DNA of 64,000 nucleotides from Octopus sinensis (GCF_006345805.1 NC_043013.1:48856001-48920000); one strand, 5' to 3'. Positions 51,310 to 64,000 are shown, counted from the stretch's first letter. A program made the numbers and translations. The notes: generated by a model from the sequence alone, not told the origin.

Positions 51310-52234
51310 ATAACTATGCATATATATATGTCTTAGTCAGGTCGCCCTCGAGTGCTATTAGTCGTTCTTGTTCGCTACTGGTAACATGTAACCCAGTACA
51401 ACCTGTTACATGGTCGGATCGTCGCCGACTAAACTGGCAACGCCACCAAGCTTTTTTGGCGAAGAGGGTGATTGTTGGACAGCCTGCGGGACGAAAATTA
51501 AGACCAGTCAAAGGGCAGAGGAATTCATGGGTAGTCAACGGCCATCCAACTAATATGAGTAAATATCTATTTAAAAAGTATGTATGTATGTAAAAAGTAT
51601 CTAATGTATGTATAAGCTGCTCCGAGTCGGACACCGGAATGATGTTTAATCACTCTATGGAGCGTTTGGGTGTCTGGCGTGGGATAGCCTACCTCATGGG
51701 CAGGTAGAAGCTCATTAACCTTGGTTGGTAATCTACCTAGGAGAAAGAATTTACCAAAATAACACCTGAGACCTTGGAAGCCCCTGGTTTTGTTAATTCT
51801 CATGTTACACCAGCGAATGCCATCTTGGACCAATAGGTGGAGGTAGTTGCATTGCAAGCTGCACCCACTGAAAAATTATTCATCTGCACAGGTACTTCTG
51901 GTAAAATCCTTGAATTAGTTGGGAGAAACCTAAAAATGCAATTGCAACTTATTCTGAAATGGCTCAAATAGATTCAGTAAATGGCAAAAAAACAGGCTTT
52001 GGAACGTCAAGGGAACAGGTCAGGCTCAGCAGGGGTCTCAGTATGTCACAGGTTGGGTCCGGTCGTTATCCTATCACTGTGGTCAAACAATCTTCAAGAA
52101 GAAGTGAAAATAAACATCTTCTGAATTTTGGTTCTTGGAATGTGCGAACACTTCTACATGACAATTTCAACGAGAGGCTAGAAAGGCGTACTGCACTTAT
52201 TGCATGTGAGCTTAATAAATATTCCCTTGATATA

Positions 52235-52534
52235 TAACGGGAAGGTTTACGAAAATAAACAAAAGACGAAGGCAGGTAGAGTACAAACAAACAAATGTAT
52301 TAGTATGGCGCTCAGGAATAGAAATAGAACAAGTCTTTTACGTTTCGAGCCTACGCTCTTCGATAGAAAGATACACAGAAAAGAAACAAGGAGAGAAACG
52401 AGGAGAGAAAAAGGAGAGAAAAAAGGAGAGAAAAAATGCGTGTAGGAGCTAACGGTCTATCATGGTTTTCTGACTTCAGGCAGAAGTCAGAGGTCAGAGG
52501 TCAGACGTTAGACGCTAGAGGGATAGTAGGGTAG
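52235..52534 (-). mobile_element. 300-bp hammerhead-motif retroelement with 14-bp TSD, inserted in the RTE APE domain
   Basis: TSD attcccttgatata at 52221-52234 and 52535-52548; removing the insert restores ..SLDI-VALSET. Confidence 0.92.
52334..52371 (-). ncRNA. Minimal hammerhead-like fold with a mutated core
   Basis: tcttt / ctatcga / a / gagc-gtag-gctc / gaaac-gta / aaaga: perfect 5-bp stem I, but the core deviates from CUGANGA at 2 positions. Confidence 0.5.
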
Positions 52535-53012
52535 ATTCCCTTGATATAGTTGCACTCTCTGAAACTGGTTTCTCTGGTGAGGCTCAGATAAATGAGCCTA
52601 TTTATGGATATACTATCTTCTGGAAAGACCTACCTAAAGGCTAGCGTAGAGAATCTGGTGTTGGGTTTGCTCTCAAGAATTCATTATCTTCCATTGCAGA
52701 ATTTCCAAGTGGTATATCTGTACGATGCATGTCATGCCGTATAAAACTGACAAAAGGTAGGTTTCTTACCGTTCTCAGTATTTAAGCAGCAACAATATCT
52801 CATTCTAATGAAACTGTAGGACAGTTTTATGATGCTCTAGTACAATTATTGAGGAAAGTACCAATTTCTGACAAGCCGGACATATTGCGAGATTTTAACG
52901 CAAAAGTTGGAAATGATTACATTTCATGACCTGTTTCAGGCCGACGTGGGATTGGAAAATGTAATAAAAATGGAGTTGCTCTTTTGACATTTTGTACTGA
53001 GAATAATCTGTG

Positions 53013-53114
53013 CAATCGGATGCGCAAGGAGCCATGTTAGCGTTGATTTGTGGGTTCGATTCTGGCTATGGTTAGCTCATACTTTTTCGGTCATTTGTCT
53101 GTATTATTATACAG

Positions 53115-53197
<83 letters not shown>

Positions 53198-53296
53198 CAT
53201 ACATACATACATACATACATACATACAACACACACACACACACCACACACATATATATATATATATACATACATACATACATACACATATATATAT

Positions 53297-53365
<69 letters not shown>

Positions 53366-53399
53366 CATACATACATACATACATACATACATACATACA

Positions 53400-53435
<36 letters not shown>

Positions 53436-53455
53436 TAATATATATATATATATAA
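53013..53455 (+). mobile_element. 5'-truncated copy of the 300-bp unit family plus (AT)n/(CATA)n tract, inserted in the RTE
   Basis: caatcggatgcgc.aggagccatgttagcgttgatttgtgggttcgattctggcta...tattattatacagc(ta)n matches 56356-56457. Confidence 0.8.
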
Positions 53456-53787
53456 ATGTTCCCAACATTTAAGTAGAAAAATAAATATAAAACCACCTGG
53501 ATGCACCCAAGATCTAAGGACTAGCATCTCATAGATTATATTTTGACCAGAAAGCGTGATGTGAAAGATGTTTCTAGTGTTCGGGCCATGAGAGGAGCGG
53601 AGAGCTGGACTGACCATCAATAGTCTGGTCTTAAGGTACCCAAAAAGTTAATGATATTCTTTTATAAAAATAAAACATAGGCAATACACTTCTTTCTCAG
53701 TCCTTGAACCCCAACGAAGATTACAGAAAGTTAGAATGGAAAGCGGAGACTTCTCTAAAGAAAATTAAACTGGAACGTTGGAATGAT

Positions 53788-54174
53788 GGAATGGAAGCAC
53801 TCCGTCGGTTACGACGATGAGGGTTCCGGTCGATCCGAATCAACGGAACAGCGTGCTCGTGAAATTAACGTGTAAATGGCTGAGCACTCCACAGACACGT
53901 GTACCCTTAACGTAGTTCTCGGGGAGATTCAGCGTGACACAGAGAGTGACAAGGCCGGCCCTTTGAAATACAGGTACAACAGAAACAGGAAGTAAGAGTG
54001 AGAGAAAGTTGTGGTGAAAGAGTACAGCAGGGATCACCACCATCCCCTGCCGGAGCCTCGCGGAGCTTTAGGTGTTTTCGCTCAATAAACACTCACAACG
54101 CCCGGTCTGGGAATCGAAACCGCGATCCTATGACCGCGAGTCCGCTTCCCTAACCACTGGGCCATTGCGCCTCC
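53788..54174 (-). mobile_element. SINE family F, full length, 13-bp TSD, nested in the RTE
   Basis: Reverse complement of 46011-46395; TSD acgttggaatgat at 53775-53787 and 54175-54187. Confidence 0.93.
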
Positions 54175-55354
54175 ACGTTGGAATGATAGAGCAAAAGGGA
54201 CGTAAGAAGCAGCTGATAGAAATGTTGCCAAGGGTTTGTACTCTTATGTTAAGGAGGTATATGGCCCAAAATCTTCTTGTGGTTTGGAGTCACGTGTTTG
54301 GCGCAAACGACATATAAGTAAAGACACAGAATAGGCTCTTTACGAATCGTTTCTCTTACCAGCCCTGCTGTATTCTCCTGGAACATGGACGTATTATGAA
54401 AGACATTTTAAATTGTTCGAACGATTCCATCAAAAAACCTTCGTCGCATTTTAAACATTAACTGGGATATTTTTTTTACTGTAAACACAGATGCATTTGC
54501 GTCTGCAGGTATCACTTCAATTAAATCAATGATTCTGAAAGAAAAACAAATGAGATGGTCTGGCCATATTGTTCGAATGGTAGATGAACGCACACTCAAA
54601 CAGCTATTTTATGGCGAGCTTGTCACTGTAGAGATTGAGATAATAGTTATTTGGTAACCAATACCTCCGTAAGAACATAGTGAATAAATATTCCGTTTGT
54701 ACACCTAACAAAGTTTACCCCTTTATCCGTACGACGGTGATGGAATTTAAAGCGAGATTGAGTAACTATTAACCTTTTAATCACGAGGAAAAAACTCTTA
54801 AACATTTTGATAATAATCGCCACCCACCTCAAAATCTACGTAACTCTTCATTAGCTAGACCCGTCTGAGAATTGATTGAAAGTAAATAATGCCAAACACG
54901 TCATTTCCTAGTCCACTATATCGATTGGTTTCCTTACGACAGAGGTAGGAGCAGGTGGTGCAGCGGAGGCGCTTGAAATTCCAAGAGGGAAACCAAGTCT
55001 GTCTAATTAGCTTAATTAGCCAATAATATGATCGATAAAACTTTCTTAAAATACTGTTTATCCAAGCCATAAACAATGCAGGAATATATGAATTCTAACA
55101 TAATATGCACATACATTTCGCGATGTATTTCTCTTTTCTCTGCTACTACACTTCACCCACAAGTGCTACTTAGTTACAGGGAGTAATGTATGCTAACCGT
55201 TCACATAAACTTTATATAGTAGCCTATTTTATCGCCATATATATATATATATATATATATTTGTTTCACATTACATTATATTGCATGTCTAGTGGCATTT
55301 TCGTTCTGCTGTATGTCTTACATATTAATTTTTTGAATTATCTGTATATATACA

Positions 55355-55635
55355 TGTATACATGTATGTATGTATGTATGTATGTATGTATGTATGTATG
55401 TATGTATGTATGTATGTATGCATGTATGTATGAATGCATGTATGTATGTATGTATTATGTATGCATGCATGCATACATGCATGCGTGTATGTATGTATGT
55501 ATTATGTATGTATGTATGTATGTATTATGTATGCATGCATACATGCATGCGTGTATGTATGCATGTATTATGTATGTATGTATGTATGTATTATGTATGC
55601 ATGCATACATGCATGCGTGTATGTATGTATGAGTA
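55355..55635. repeat. (ATGT)n-derived higher-order repeat, ~70-bp unit x ~2.5
   Basis: tattatgtatgcatgcatacatgcatgcgtgtatgtatg recurs at ~55452, 55522 and 55589. Confidence 0.8.
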
Positions 55636-55769
55636 TGCATAATACACTTATATTTCTACATTAATGTGTTTATGCAGTTTCATTAGTATATCTTTAGAAG
55701 TGTGCGTGTGTGTGTATGTGTATATGTGTGTGAATATATATATATATATATATAATTTGTATATATATA

Positions 55770-56456
55770 TATATATATAATATTTGTAAAGAAACCAGGA
55801 AAACCTTGTAAGTTACGGAGAGAAAGGTTTGGAAGATTTGTAGTGTAACTGTATAATAATATATCATTATAATATATACTCTCTGATTTGAAGTGACACT
55901 TATAAATGCTCTCTCATGAATTCCAACCATAGTAGCTTTCTCCCCGTGACTTACAAAGCCTTTCTGATTTGCTTACAAATATTATACGTAGTATTAGACA
56001 TTTCAGGTATATATTCATTAAGTTTGGCCGAAACTGAGGGGAGAGCGTTTGGCCCAATTCGAAGCGCCAGGAGCCGTGTTAGCGTCGATTTGTGGGTTTG
56101 GTTCTGGCTAGAGTTAGCTTATAATTTTTCGGTCATTTCTTTGTATTTAAAAATTGTCGCTTCAAATCGGAGAATAAATATTATTATGATATATCATTAT
56201 ACAGTTATTATTATACTATGAGTCTCCCATAGTAGCGTTCTCTCCGTAACTTACAAAGCCTTTCTAATTTGTTTACACATTTTATATGTAGTATTAGACA
56301 ATTTTAGTATATATTCATTAAGTTTGGCTGAAATTGTTGGATGAGCTTTCGGCCCAATCGGATGCGCTAGGAGCCATGTTAGCGTTGATTTGTGGGTTCG
56401 ATTCTGGCTAGGGTTAGTTCATACTTTTTCGGTCACTTGTCTGTATTATTATACAG

Positions 56457-56457
<1 letters not shown>
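55770..56457. repeat. ~300-bp unit: inverted partial copy (55770-55915) plus two head-to-tail copies (55925-56220, 56224-56457) ending in (TA)n
   Basis: ccatagtagc..tctccgt.acttacaaagcctttct..gtagtattagaca..tatattcattaagtttggc recurs with a period of ~300 bp. Confidence 0.8.
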
Positions 56458-56534
<77 letters not shown>

Positions 56535-56593
56535 TACATACATATATATATATATAATATATATATATATATACATACATACATATACATACA

Positions 56594-56643
<50 letters not shown>

Positions 56644-57332
56644 CATACATACATATGTATATATACATACATACATATGTATATACATATATATACGTGG
56701 TTATGTAGGTGCGTATACTTATATGTATGCACATATGTTTGTATGTGTCAATGTGCCATTAGCGGGAATACATACTTATGTACCTTATTAATTATTCTCC
56801 TTACTATTAATGTTTACTATTTTTATAGCTGTTCTGTCAACTATTGAAATACAATAATATTTTGATACTTAATATGTTTTTCTGTTTTATTATTCTGACA
56901 CCTGTCACTTAATTTTTATTCTCTCGACTCTTCTAAGACTGAAGTGACACATCGTGCGTTCACCTTCATTTTATCCTGTCATTTTCTATATCTCCTTTCC
57001 CGTCCATACTTCTTTTTTATATCTCTGGCGGTTAAAATCTTATTCGATGCGACTCCAGCTAGTGGTGTCCCCGCTTATTTATAACAATCTCATCTGTAGT
57101 ACATAGCTTGAACGTTGTTTAATCTCTTAGTGCGAACAACTATCTGAACACACAGACAAATTATGAATCTACCTTCGAAGGTGATTTTGTCACGCAATAT
57201 TCTAAAACTGTCATCTTTACCATTTCTTATATTTACCTCTCCAGCGGAAACTCCTCCCACCAAATCGTTTGTATTTCTCTATATAGTGATTTCATGCAAA
57301 TTGAGTTCGTATTTATTAACCAAGTTTATGAC

Positions 57333-57568
57333 AAGGCCCCGAGCTGGCATAGTCGTTAGCACGCCGGGCGAAATGCTTAGCTGTATTTCGTCTGCCTCTA
57401 CGTTCTGAGTTCAAATTCCGCCGAGGTCGACTTTGCCTTTCATCCTTCCGAGGTCGATTAAATAAGTACCAGTTACGCACTGGGATCGAAATAATCGACT
57501 AAATCCGTTTGTCTGTCCTTGTTTGTCCCCTCCGTGTGTAGTCCCTCGTGGGCAGTAAAGAAATAAGA
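57333..57568 (+). mobile_element. SINE family B, young full-length subtype
   Basis: gagctggcatagtcgttagcacgccgggcgaaatgcttagc...gtttgtcccctccgtgtgtagtccctcgtgggcagtaaagaaataag. Confidence 0.9.
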
Positions 57569-58149
57569 TTACTATGGGTTATGTTGAATTATTTCCCTTT
57601 ATTCACACTCTTCTTTCAAAGAAATGCATCAAGTAAAGTCGGTCATAAACAAAATTTAAAAAGCAAACACGGAACTTTCAGTATTTACTCAAATTTTGAG
57701 CGTTATTGTGCTTTTAGATATTTCATTTGAACTCATGAAATATATTTTTTTTTAGAAAAATTAGTGTTGCCTGATGGAAATACCATCCATCTATTTATCC
57801 ATCCATCCATTCATCCATCCATCCATTATTTCAGCCCATTGTTCCTGGGAGGGTCGTGAGGTTAGAGTGCTCGACTACCTTCCCCACACAGTCCTTTCAA
57901 AAGCAACTGTCATTAGACTTTCCGTTTGGATTTGCAAGCGTAACCAACTGAGACTATGGACATTATCCGACCGTCTCAGTTTTATCCCTTCTTTGCTTGA
58001 CTGAGTCGCTGATTAAACTTATTATCAAGAACATTATAACTGTACCCAGTTCACCTTAGAGATATGTTTCATTTTTGGGAGAGTGATGTGTGATTTAAAG
58101 GAAAATTGACTGATAATGATTATGTACATACATATGTACGTATGTATGA

Positions 58150-58572
58150 ATGTATGTATGTATGTATGAAAAACAAAACCCGTCAAAGGGCGGAGGAACT
58201 CTTGAGAGTCAACGGCCATCCAATAAATGTCTTACGGGTGTATCATGCGCGGGGAGATAGAAATAATCGAACTGAATACCCGATCGCGCGGTTAAACCAT
58301 TGGGAGTGAAGGACTCCTAGCCTTTGTTAGGAGAAGGTAACTCAGGTAACTGGGATAACTCCGACATAAAACCTGCGGCTCAGTGGTTACCGATGATGTT
58401 GACTTGTTCTTCTTTTCGGATTATGGCTGCCGTTGCTTAGTGAGTGGGATTGACTCAGTGCACAGCCTCTCCTCACTTTAAAAAAAATCTTCTTGCACAG
58501 GCATTGCACGATAACAACTTTGATTAAGCTTCGTGCAATGGCCATACTCGATAACGAGGGGGCAGCCACCAT
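58150..58572 (+). mobile_element. Family E end joined to family D, flanked on both sides by (ATGT)n
   Basis: cccgtcaaagggcggaggaactc..gtcaacggccatccaa followed by the family D body ending gcagccaccat(atgt)n. Confidence 0.75.
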
Positions 58573-58911
58573 ATGTATGTGTGTATGTGTGTAATGTATG
58601 TATGTATGTATGTATGTATGTATGTATGTATGTATGTGTATGTATGTATGTATGTATATGCGTGCGCATATATGTACGTACATGTCTCCTTTAACTTAGA
58701 ATATATCTCGTAATGTAAAATTTAAAGACCTCATTCTTCCCGTTAATGCTGGTTATGTCCGGGTCGCTGCTTATAGTGTTACCTGTTTAAAATTGGACCT
58801 GATGATAGAGGTTTATGAATTATGATGCAATCTTTATTAACTACATCAAATAAAATTCGACCGAAACGGGTCTCGTACGTTTTACACGCCACCTGTGCTT
58901 ATTATCTCTCT

Positions 58912-58949
<38 letters not shown>

Positions 58950-59134
58950 TTAGGAACATAGGTGCAAAAGAAGGTGGAAATCAGTGACCGAATACCAAAG
59001 GTAGAGAAAAACATTATTTTATTAAAGACGGAAAAATCTTCACCAACTGTTACTCAGAGTTTCACGCGGCCGTTCATAAGATTTTGTGAAAAAGCAGTCT
59101 GTGTTATATGAATATATACATATGTGTACACATA

Positions 59135-59142
59135 CGCATATA

Positions 59143-59199
<57 letters not shown>

Positions 59200-59481
59200 A
59201 TATAATATAAAATAATATATAATATAATATAATAATATATATATATATAATATAATATATATATAATATATATATAATATAATATATATATATATAATAT
59301 ATATATAATATAATATATATATAATATATATATAATATAATATATATAAATAAAATAATATAATATTTAATATAATATAATATATAATATAATATATATA
59401 ATATATATTATATATATATAATATAATATAATATATATAATATAATATATATAATATAATATATATAATATGATATATATA

Positions 59482-59535
<54 letters not shown>
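59135..59535. repeat. (AT)n/(ATATA)n low-complexity tract
   Basis: Direct reading. Confidence 0.95.
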
Positions 59536-59537
<2 letters not shown>

Positions 59538-59934
59538 AATTATGTTTATACACAGAAAAATATGCGTGTGTATGTATGTATGTATGTATTAGTGAATTGC
59601 CTAATGTTTTAGCTTTTAGCTTTTCAAGCACGGACAGCCTAATTTAAACCCATCGTGGGCAAATGTCACATTCCCTATCATAAGGTATATTCATAGCTTC
59701 TGAATGAAATTGGGCGGACGTATCTATTAGAAGCCCGTCGGATTTATTGTACCTGTAACTCAACCGGTACATTGTTACACACCCTGTCACACAGATTCCG
59801 CTTGAAGATTCAGTTAAAGTACAAATGCCTATAGAATGCTCAGCTACTCTCAAGTTAATTCAGGAACAAAAAAATACAGTTGATGAAAAAACTGAATATT
59901 CTTAGTGTATATGTCATCTATATATCAATGCATA

Positions 59935-60190
59935 TACGAGGTGGTATCGAAAGGCTCCTGGACAAGTTATGTTTAATTAAAAATAACTTATGTACCTAAG
60001 TTTTAACATCATTTTCTTCGAAATAGTCACCTTACGCAGAAACACACCGGTCCCAGCGTTCCTGTCACTTTTGGAATCCAGGCTGGAAGTCGTCTTCCGT
60101 AAGAGAGTCGAAGACCTGCAATTCAATCTGGATCTTGACAACAGTGTTAAAATGGTGACCTTTAAGCTGCATTTTCATCAAGAGGAAGAG
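59935..60190 (-). mobile_element. Mariner transposase C-terminal fragment with TIR
   Basis: Minus translation LKGHHFNTVVKIQ..LTEDDFQPGFQKWQERWDRCVSA*GDYFEE; end ta|cgaggtggtatcgaaag. Confidence 0.8.
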
Positions 60191-60834
60191 ACGGAAATCC
60201 GCAATAAGACGGGTGCGGAAGCGATATCAAGTTGTCTTTGGCGAGAAACTCACGAGTGAAGATAGCTCGGTGACAGAGTGCATTGGCGTCATGAAGGAGA
60301 TTTATGTCTGGGTTTTTATTGGGTTTCGAAGTTTAATTTATCTTTTCTGTAAAATTTTATTGATTGTTCTACTTGTTGATTTTATATATCTCACTGACGT
60401 AGATGAGATATAAAATAAATGATTTATATGTAACCCTTGAGAGCTAAATATAAAATAGTAGATAAATCGTAATTGTCTAGTGACAGGTATTTCATAAAGA
60501 TGTGTATGCGTAGACATGCATGTAAATTTATAGTTTTCGTCAATGTAAATTGGTGACCATGTACAAACCAATGAGAAAGACGAATGAAGTTCTTTGTAAT
60601 ATTCGTTTTAGACCGAATTAAAGACATCCCACCGTTTCAGAACTGTAGGGAATCAATGCCATTTTTTCTAATAGATATGTAAAATAAAGAAATGAATATG
60701 ATGTACAAATAGATATTTAAAGTAATTAGTTTTATTCATTACGATTTTAAGGAATCTCGTGAATAGTAACCCAGAATGGAAACGCATTATGTTCCGATAT
60801 TTAGGATGTGTATCAGTCTCTTTTCGAATAGCAT

Positions 60835-60900
60835 AATACGTTGTCTCGGGCCGATCAAAGTCTTGCAAGTGTAGACGGAAACAGAAAGAAGCCCATTGTG

Positions 60901-60946
<46 letters not shown>

Positions 60947-61124
60947 ATACATACATAAATATACTGGCCTGCTTGCTTAGCCTGTGGCGTGGCGTCATTT
61001 GAAGGCTAAAACAATGCGAAGCGCATTGTGACCAGCGATGTGTAACAACAGCCTGGTCGGTCACGGTGACGGTGATATACATATACACACACACACATAT
61101 ATATACACACACAAACACACACAC

Positions 61125-61191
<67 letters not shown>

Positions 61192-61625
61192 TATACACAG
61201 ATCGTTGCTATTCTGGAAAAGTGTCCTAAGTCGAAAACGAAAAAGTAATTTCACCATTCCATAGCAAAACCGTTGTACTACACTTTGACAATTTTTGACA
61301 TCTTGGCATCTGAAGTAGTTGGAATTACGATAGTTTGACCCAAAGAACTGGTTATTGCAAGCAAAAGCAAATATTGAAAAAGACCTATTTGGCCAAATTT
61401 GGATATACGACAGTTTAACATAATAGCAACGATATATGTGTGTGTGTGTGTGTATGTGTGTGCTCGTGTCTCTTTGTCCCCGCCACCTCTTGACAACCGG
61501 TGTTGGTTTGTTTACGTCACCATAACTAGCGGTTCGGCAAAAGAAATCGGCCTCAAACAAAGAACTGGACTTGATTCATTTGACTAATAGTTTTTCAAGG
61601 TGGTGCCCCAGTATAGCCGCAGTCT
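60835..61625 (+). mobile_element. Degraded SINE family A pieces (60835-60900, 61460-61625) with intervening microsatellites and other repeats
   Basis: gtagacggaaacagaaagaagccc; cttgacaaccggtgttgg..tagcggttcggcaaaag..atagccgcagtctaatg. Confidence 0.6.
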
Positions 61626-62204
61626 AATGTTTAAGCAAAAACGCAAACTCTAGAATCTAATGTTTAGCAAAATCAACATTTTCTCTTCATGTCAAATATG
61701 ACATCACAAGTTATTCATCTAATTTGAAATCCTCGTGAATAGAGCCGACAATATCACTTAAATTGCGATTAATTTAATTATGCGGTTGATTGATAGAACT
61801 AAAATGCATTAGTAGTTTTCATTGAATTGGTTGACTCCTCACGAATTAATTTCTCCAACATCACACGACAACCAGCGAGATGAAGTGGAATGCGCTGTTT
61901 GATATTTTACGGACAAATGACATTATTCACAGTAAATTGAACATTTGAATGTTATTTGAGGACGTAGGCATTTAAAATTCTACTTGATAACCAAAGAATA
62001 TTCCATACCTGTATAATATGTACAGGCTGTCTATTGACTGTATTTTTCGCATGGCTACCGATCAGTTGTTTCCTGTTAGCCATGATATGTCACTAATAAA
62101 TAGTTACCTCTTAGCATTTGTCAAAGATCACTTGTTACCAATGTTACGTTATGTATTAGGTTGGAAACAAAGTCCTTCTGCATTTTGGACATAATCGCTT
62201 AGAG

Positions 62205-62449
62205 CAGTGTTTCTCAACAGTTTTTTTTTTATCTGTGGATCCCTTTGAGTCCTATGTTACTAGGATGGATCCACATGTTTAAAAGATCTGATTATATTTT
62301 AAGAATTAAATGTTATTTGAAGATGCATTAAAAATTGTTCAAATATTTTGTGTATTGTAGAAGAATAACCAATTATTTGCAATTGAGTTTTAACAATGAA
62401 ATCTTACATGGCCCTCAAGGGCAATATGGACGTTGGTTGGGAATCTCTG
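62205..62449. mobile_element. hAT-Charlie-like MITE
   Basis: Termini cagtgtttctcaac / gttgggaatctctg; degenerate 8-bp TSD gcttagag / acttaggt. Confidence 0.65.
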
Positions 62450-62911
62450 ACTTAGGTGCTACTTTTGAAATACTTATGTTAAAATATGCATTAATTTTTA
62501 CATTCTAATATTGTATTTTGTTCTTTGTAGTTTACTTTATACCATAGTGGTTAAATTCGTATTGATTTTATTAGTTTAGATCGAACTCATATGTGATACT
62601 GCATGTTCTATATATTCAAAAGAGGCTCTTCAATATTTGTCTATAGGTGTGGATGTATGTGTTGTCCCATGTACATCGAGGTATGCCTATATAGGTAAAG
62701 TCTTAATGGTTGTCGCTGTGTCGCCAAAGCAGTGGAAGGAATTATAAGCAATTGTTAAATGTAAATGTAGAAGAAATGAATATTTTATTATCAGGTAGCA
62801 AAATCTAACCCAACAGAATAATGAGTATAAACGGGGATCTTATTTTCTCTTATTTCATGTAAAGCATTAAGTTTTCAGTTTGAGGTGAAGCAATAAAAAA
62901 TATTCTTTTCT

Positions 62912-63118
62912 ACTCTAGGCACAAGACCAGAAATTTTGGTGGAAGGGGTCAGTCGATTAGAACGACCCCAGTACGTAACTGGTACTTAATTTATCGACCC
63001 CTAAAGGAGAAAAGGCAAAGTCGACTTCGGCGGAATTTGAACTCAGGATGTAATGACAGACGAAATACTGCTAAGCATTTCGCCTGGTGTGCTAACATTT
63101 CTGCCAGTTCGCCGCCCT
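62912..63118 (-). mobile_element. SINE family B copy
   Basis: ctggtacttaatttatcgacccctaaaggagaaaaggcaaagtcgacttcggcggaatttgaactcag..ttctgccagttcgccgcc. Confidence 0.87.
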
Positions 63119-64000
63119 ATGCAATAAGAAATATTGCTACATAAATAGAACGATCCATATGACGTGATGTAAATGACTTGTTAAAGTTTGTACGTCACAC
63201 AAACAAAGGGGATTGTCATCAGTTTCTCCATCAGTTTTTAACAAAGAAGTCTGTGTGTAAATTTGCAACCAACGAAGATGGACACGAAACATTTTGTGAG
63301 TATATGACCGCAAAAATGTGTGACCGTGAGTGTATGTATGACCGCGAAAAGACAAAGTTTAAAATTAAAGTTTATATACAACCAAGTTATTATCGAGATA
63401 ATAACGAACGAATAAAACAAAATGTTTACAATGTAAACAGAAATTATGTAAAAAAACTTGCTTATTTCTTTGAAAACAAACTGAATGAAACTGAAATCTG
63501 ATATCCAAATGCATGGAATGCTTGAATATATAGCTACCATTTTTGGCATGTAAGTTTGGCCAGTGGAAGGAATCAGCGTTAAAAATGCGCAAAATGTCGT
63601 GAAATCTCGGAATCTGGAAAGAAAATGCTATAACTCTACAAACAAACGATGGAATCATTTTATGAATCCGCTTCTTGTAAATCTCACGACAACCAAAATG
63701 ATTCGTTGTAGTCCAATGGACATGACGAAATGAGAAGCAATAGAAATATAAGAGAAATCAGTGCCAAAATTGTTTGAACGGTGCTGATAGAATTGCTTCC
63801 GCATTGTACAAATGCAGCGTTCACGGCAGTGCTGAACTGATCGAGAATAATGAAGTCCTATCATGCCTTGATAGATATTATTGACGGAGCAACAGAAATT
63901 ATATTCTCGCATATACTATTTACACTAAAGGTTACGTGTTAAGAAGTTCCATAATATCCTGCTTAATAATGCAGAAAATGTAGATTTTATAAAGTAAATT

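Larger units (their letters stand above)
51610..54630 (+). mobile_element. RTE/BovB-like LINE relic: 5' UTR, APE endonuclease, internal deletion, RT C-terminus; three nested insertions
   Basis: LNFGSWNVRTLL..ERRTALIACELNKYSLDI|VALSET..GVGFA..DFNAKVG..GIGKCNKNG..FCTENNL|[61 protein letters not shown]. Confidence 0.92.

Noticed and set aside
51640-51760. HDV-like ribozyme in the RTE 5' UTR
   Set aside because: RTE elements can carry such ribozymes, and a ctacct/aggtag hairpin exists, but I could not build the nested double pseudoknot (P1, P1.1, P2) by eye
59690-59760. Possible small exon (ag|CTTCTGAATGAA...ACCT|gtaact)
   Set aside because: Weak polypyrimidine tract, unrecognisable peptide and no partner exons

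Overview
AT-rich eukaryotic (metazoan) non-coding DNA, very dense in microsatellites and decayed transposable elements. The SINE families, the R4/Dong and RTE LINEs and the (AT)n/(ATGT)n/(TAA)n load match my recollection of octopus (coleoid cephalopod) genomes; this is inference, not a database hit. I find no intact host gene, rRNA, true tRNA or CRISPR array. Nearly all ORFs in the supplied track are artefacts of simple repeats or fragments of dead elements. Recognisable relics are R4/Dong-like RLE LINEs (one perfectly tandem-duplicated), RTE/BovB-like and RTE-type RT fragments, a HERO/NeSL-like fragment, L1/Tx1 and CR1 fragments, a Penelope-type GIY-YIG fragment, mariner, Tigger and hAT relics, Helitron-like elements, several MITEs and at least four tRNA-derived SINE families. 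The most interesting signals are: (1) a short TSD-flanked, (TA)n-tailed retroelement family carrying a minimal hammerhead-ribozyme fold with stem covariation between subfamilies; (2) a 302-bp near-perfect inverted copy that splits a SINE, resembling a templated insertion; (3) a 5'-inverted, twin-priming-like LINE insertion with a 14-bp TSD; (4) a GG-ended, 8-bp-TSD MITE carrying telomere-type (CCCTAA)n; (5) a palindromic 18-bp minisatellite at a mariner inversion breakpoint. Coordinates of degraded elements are approximate. TSD and inverted-repeat coordinates were read base by base.
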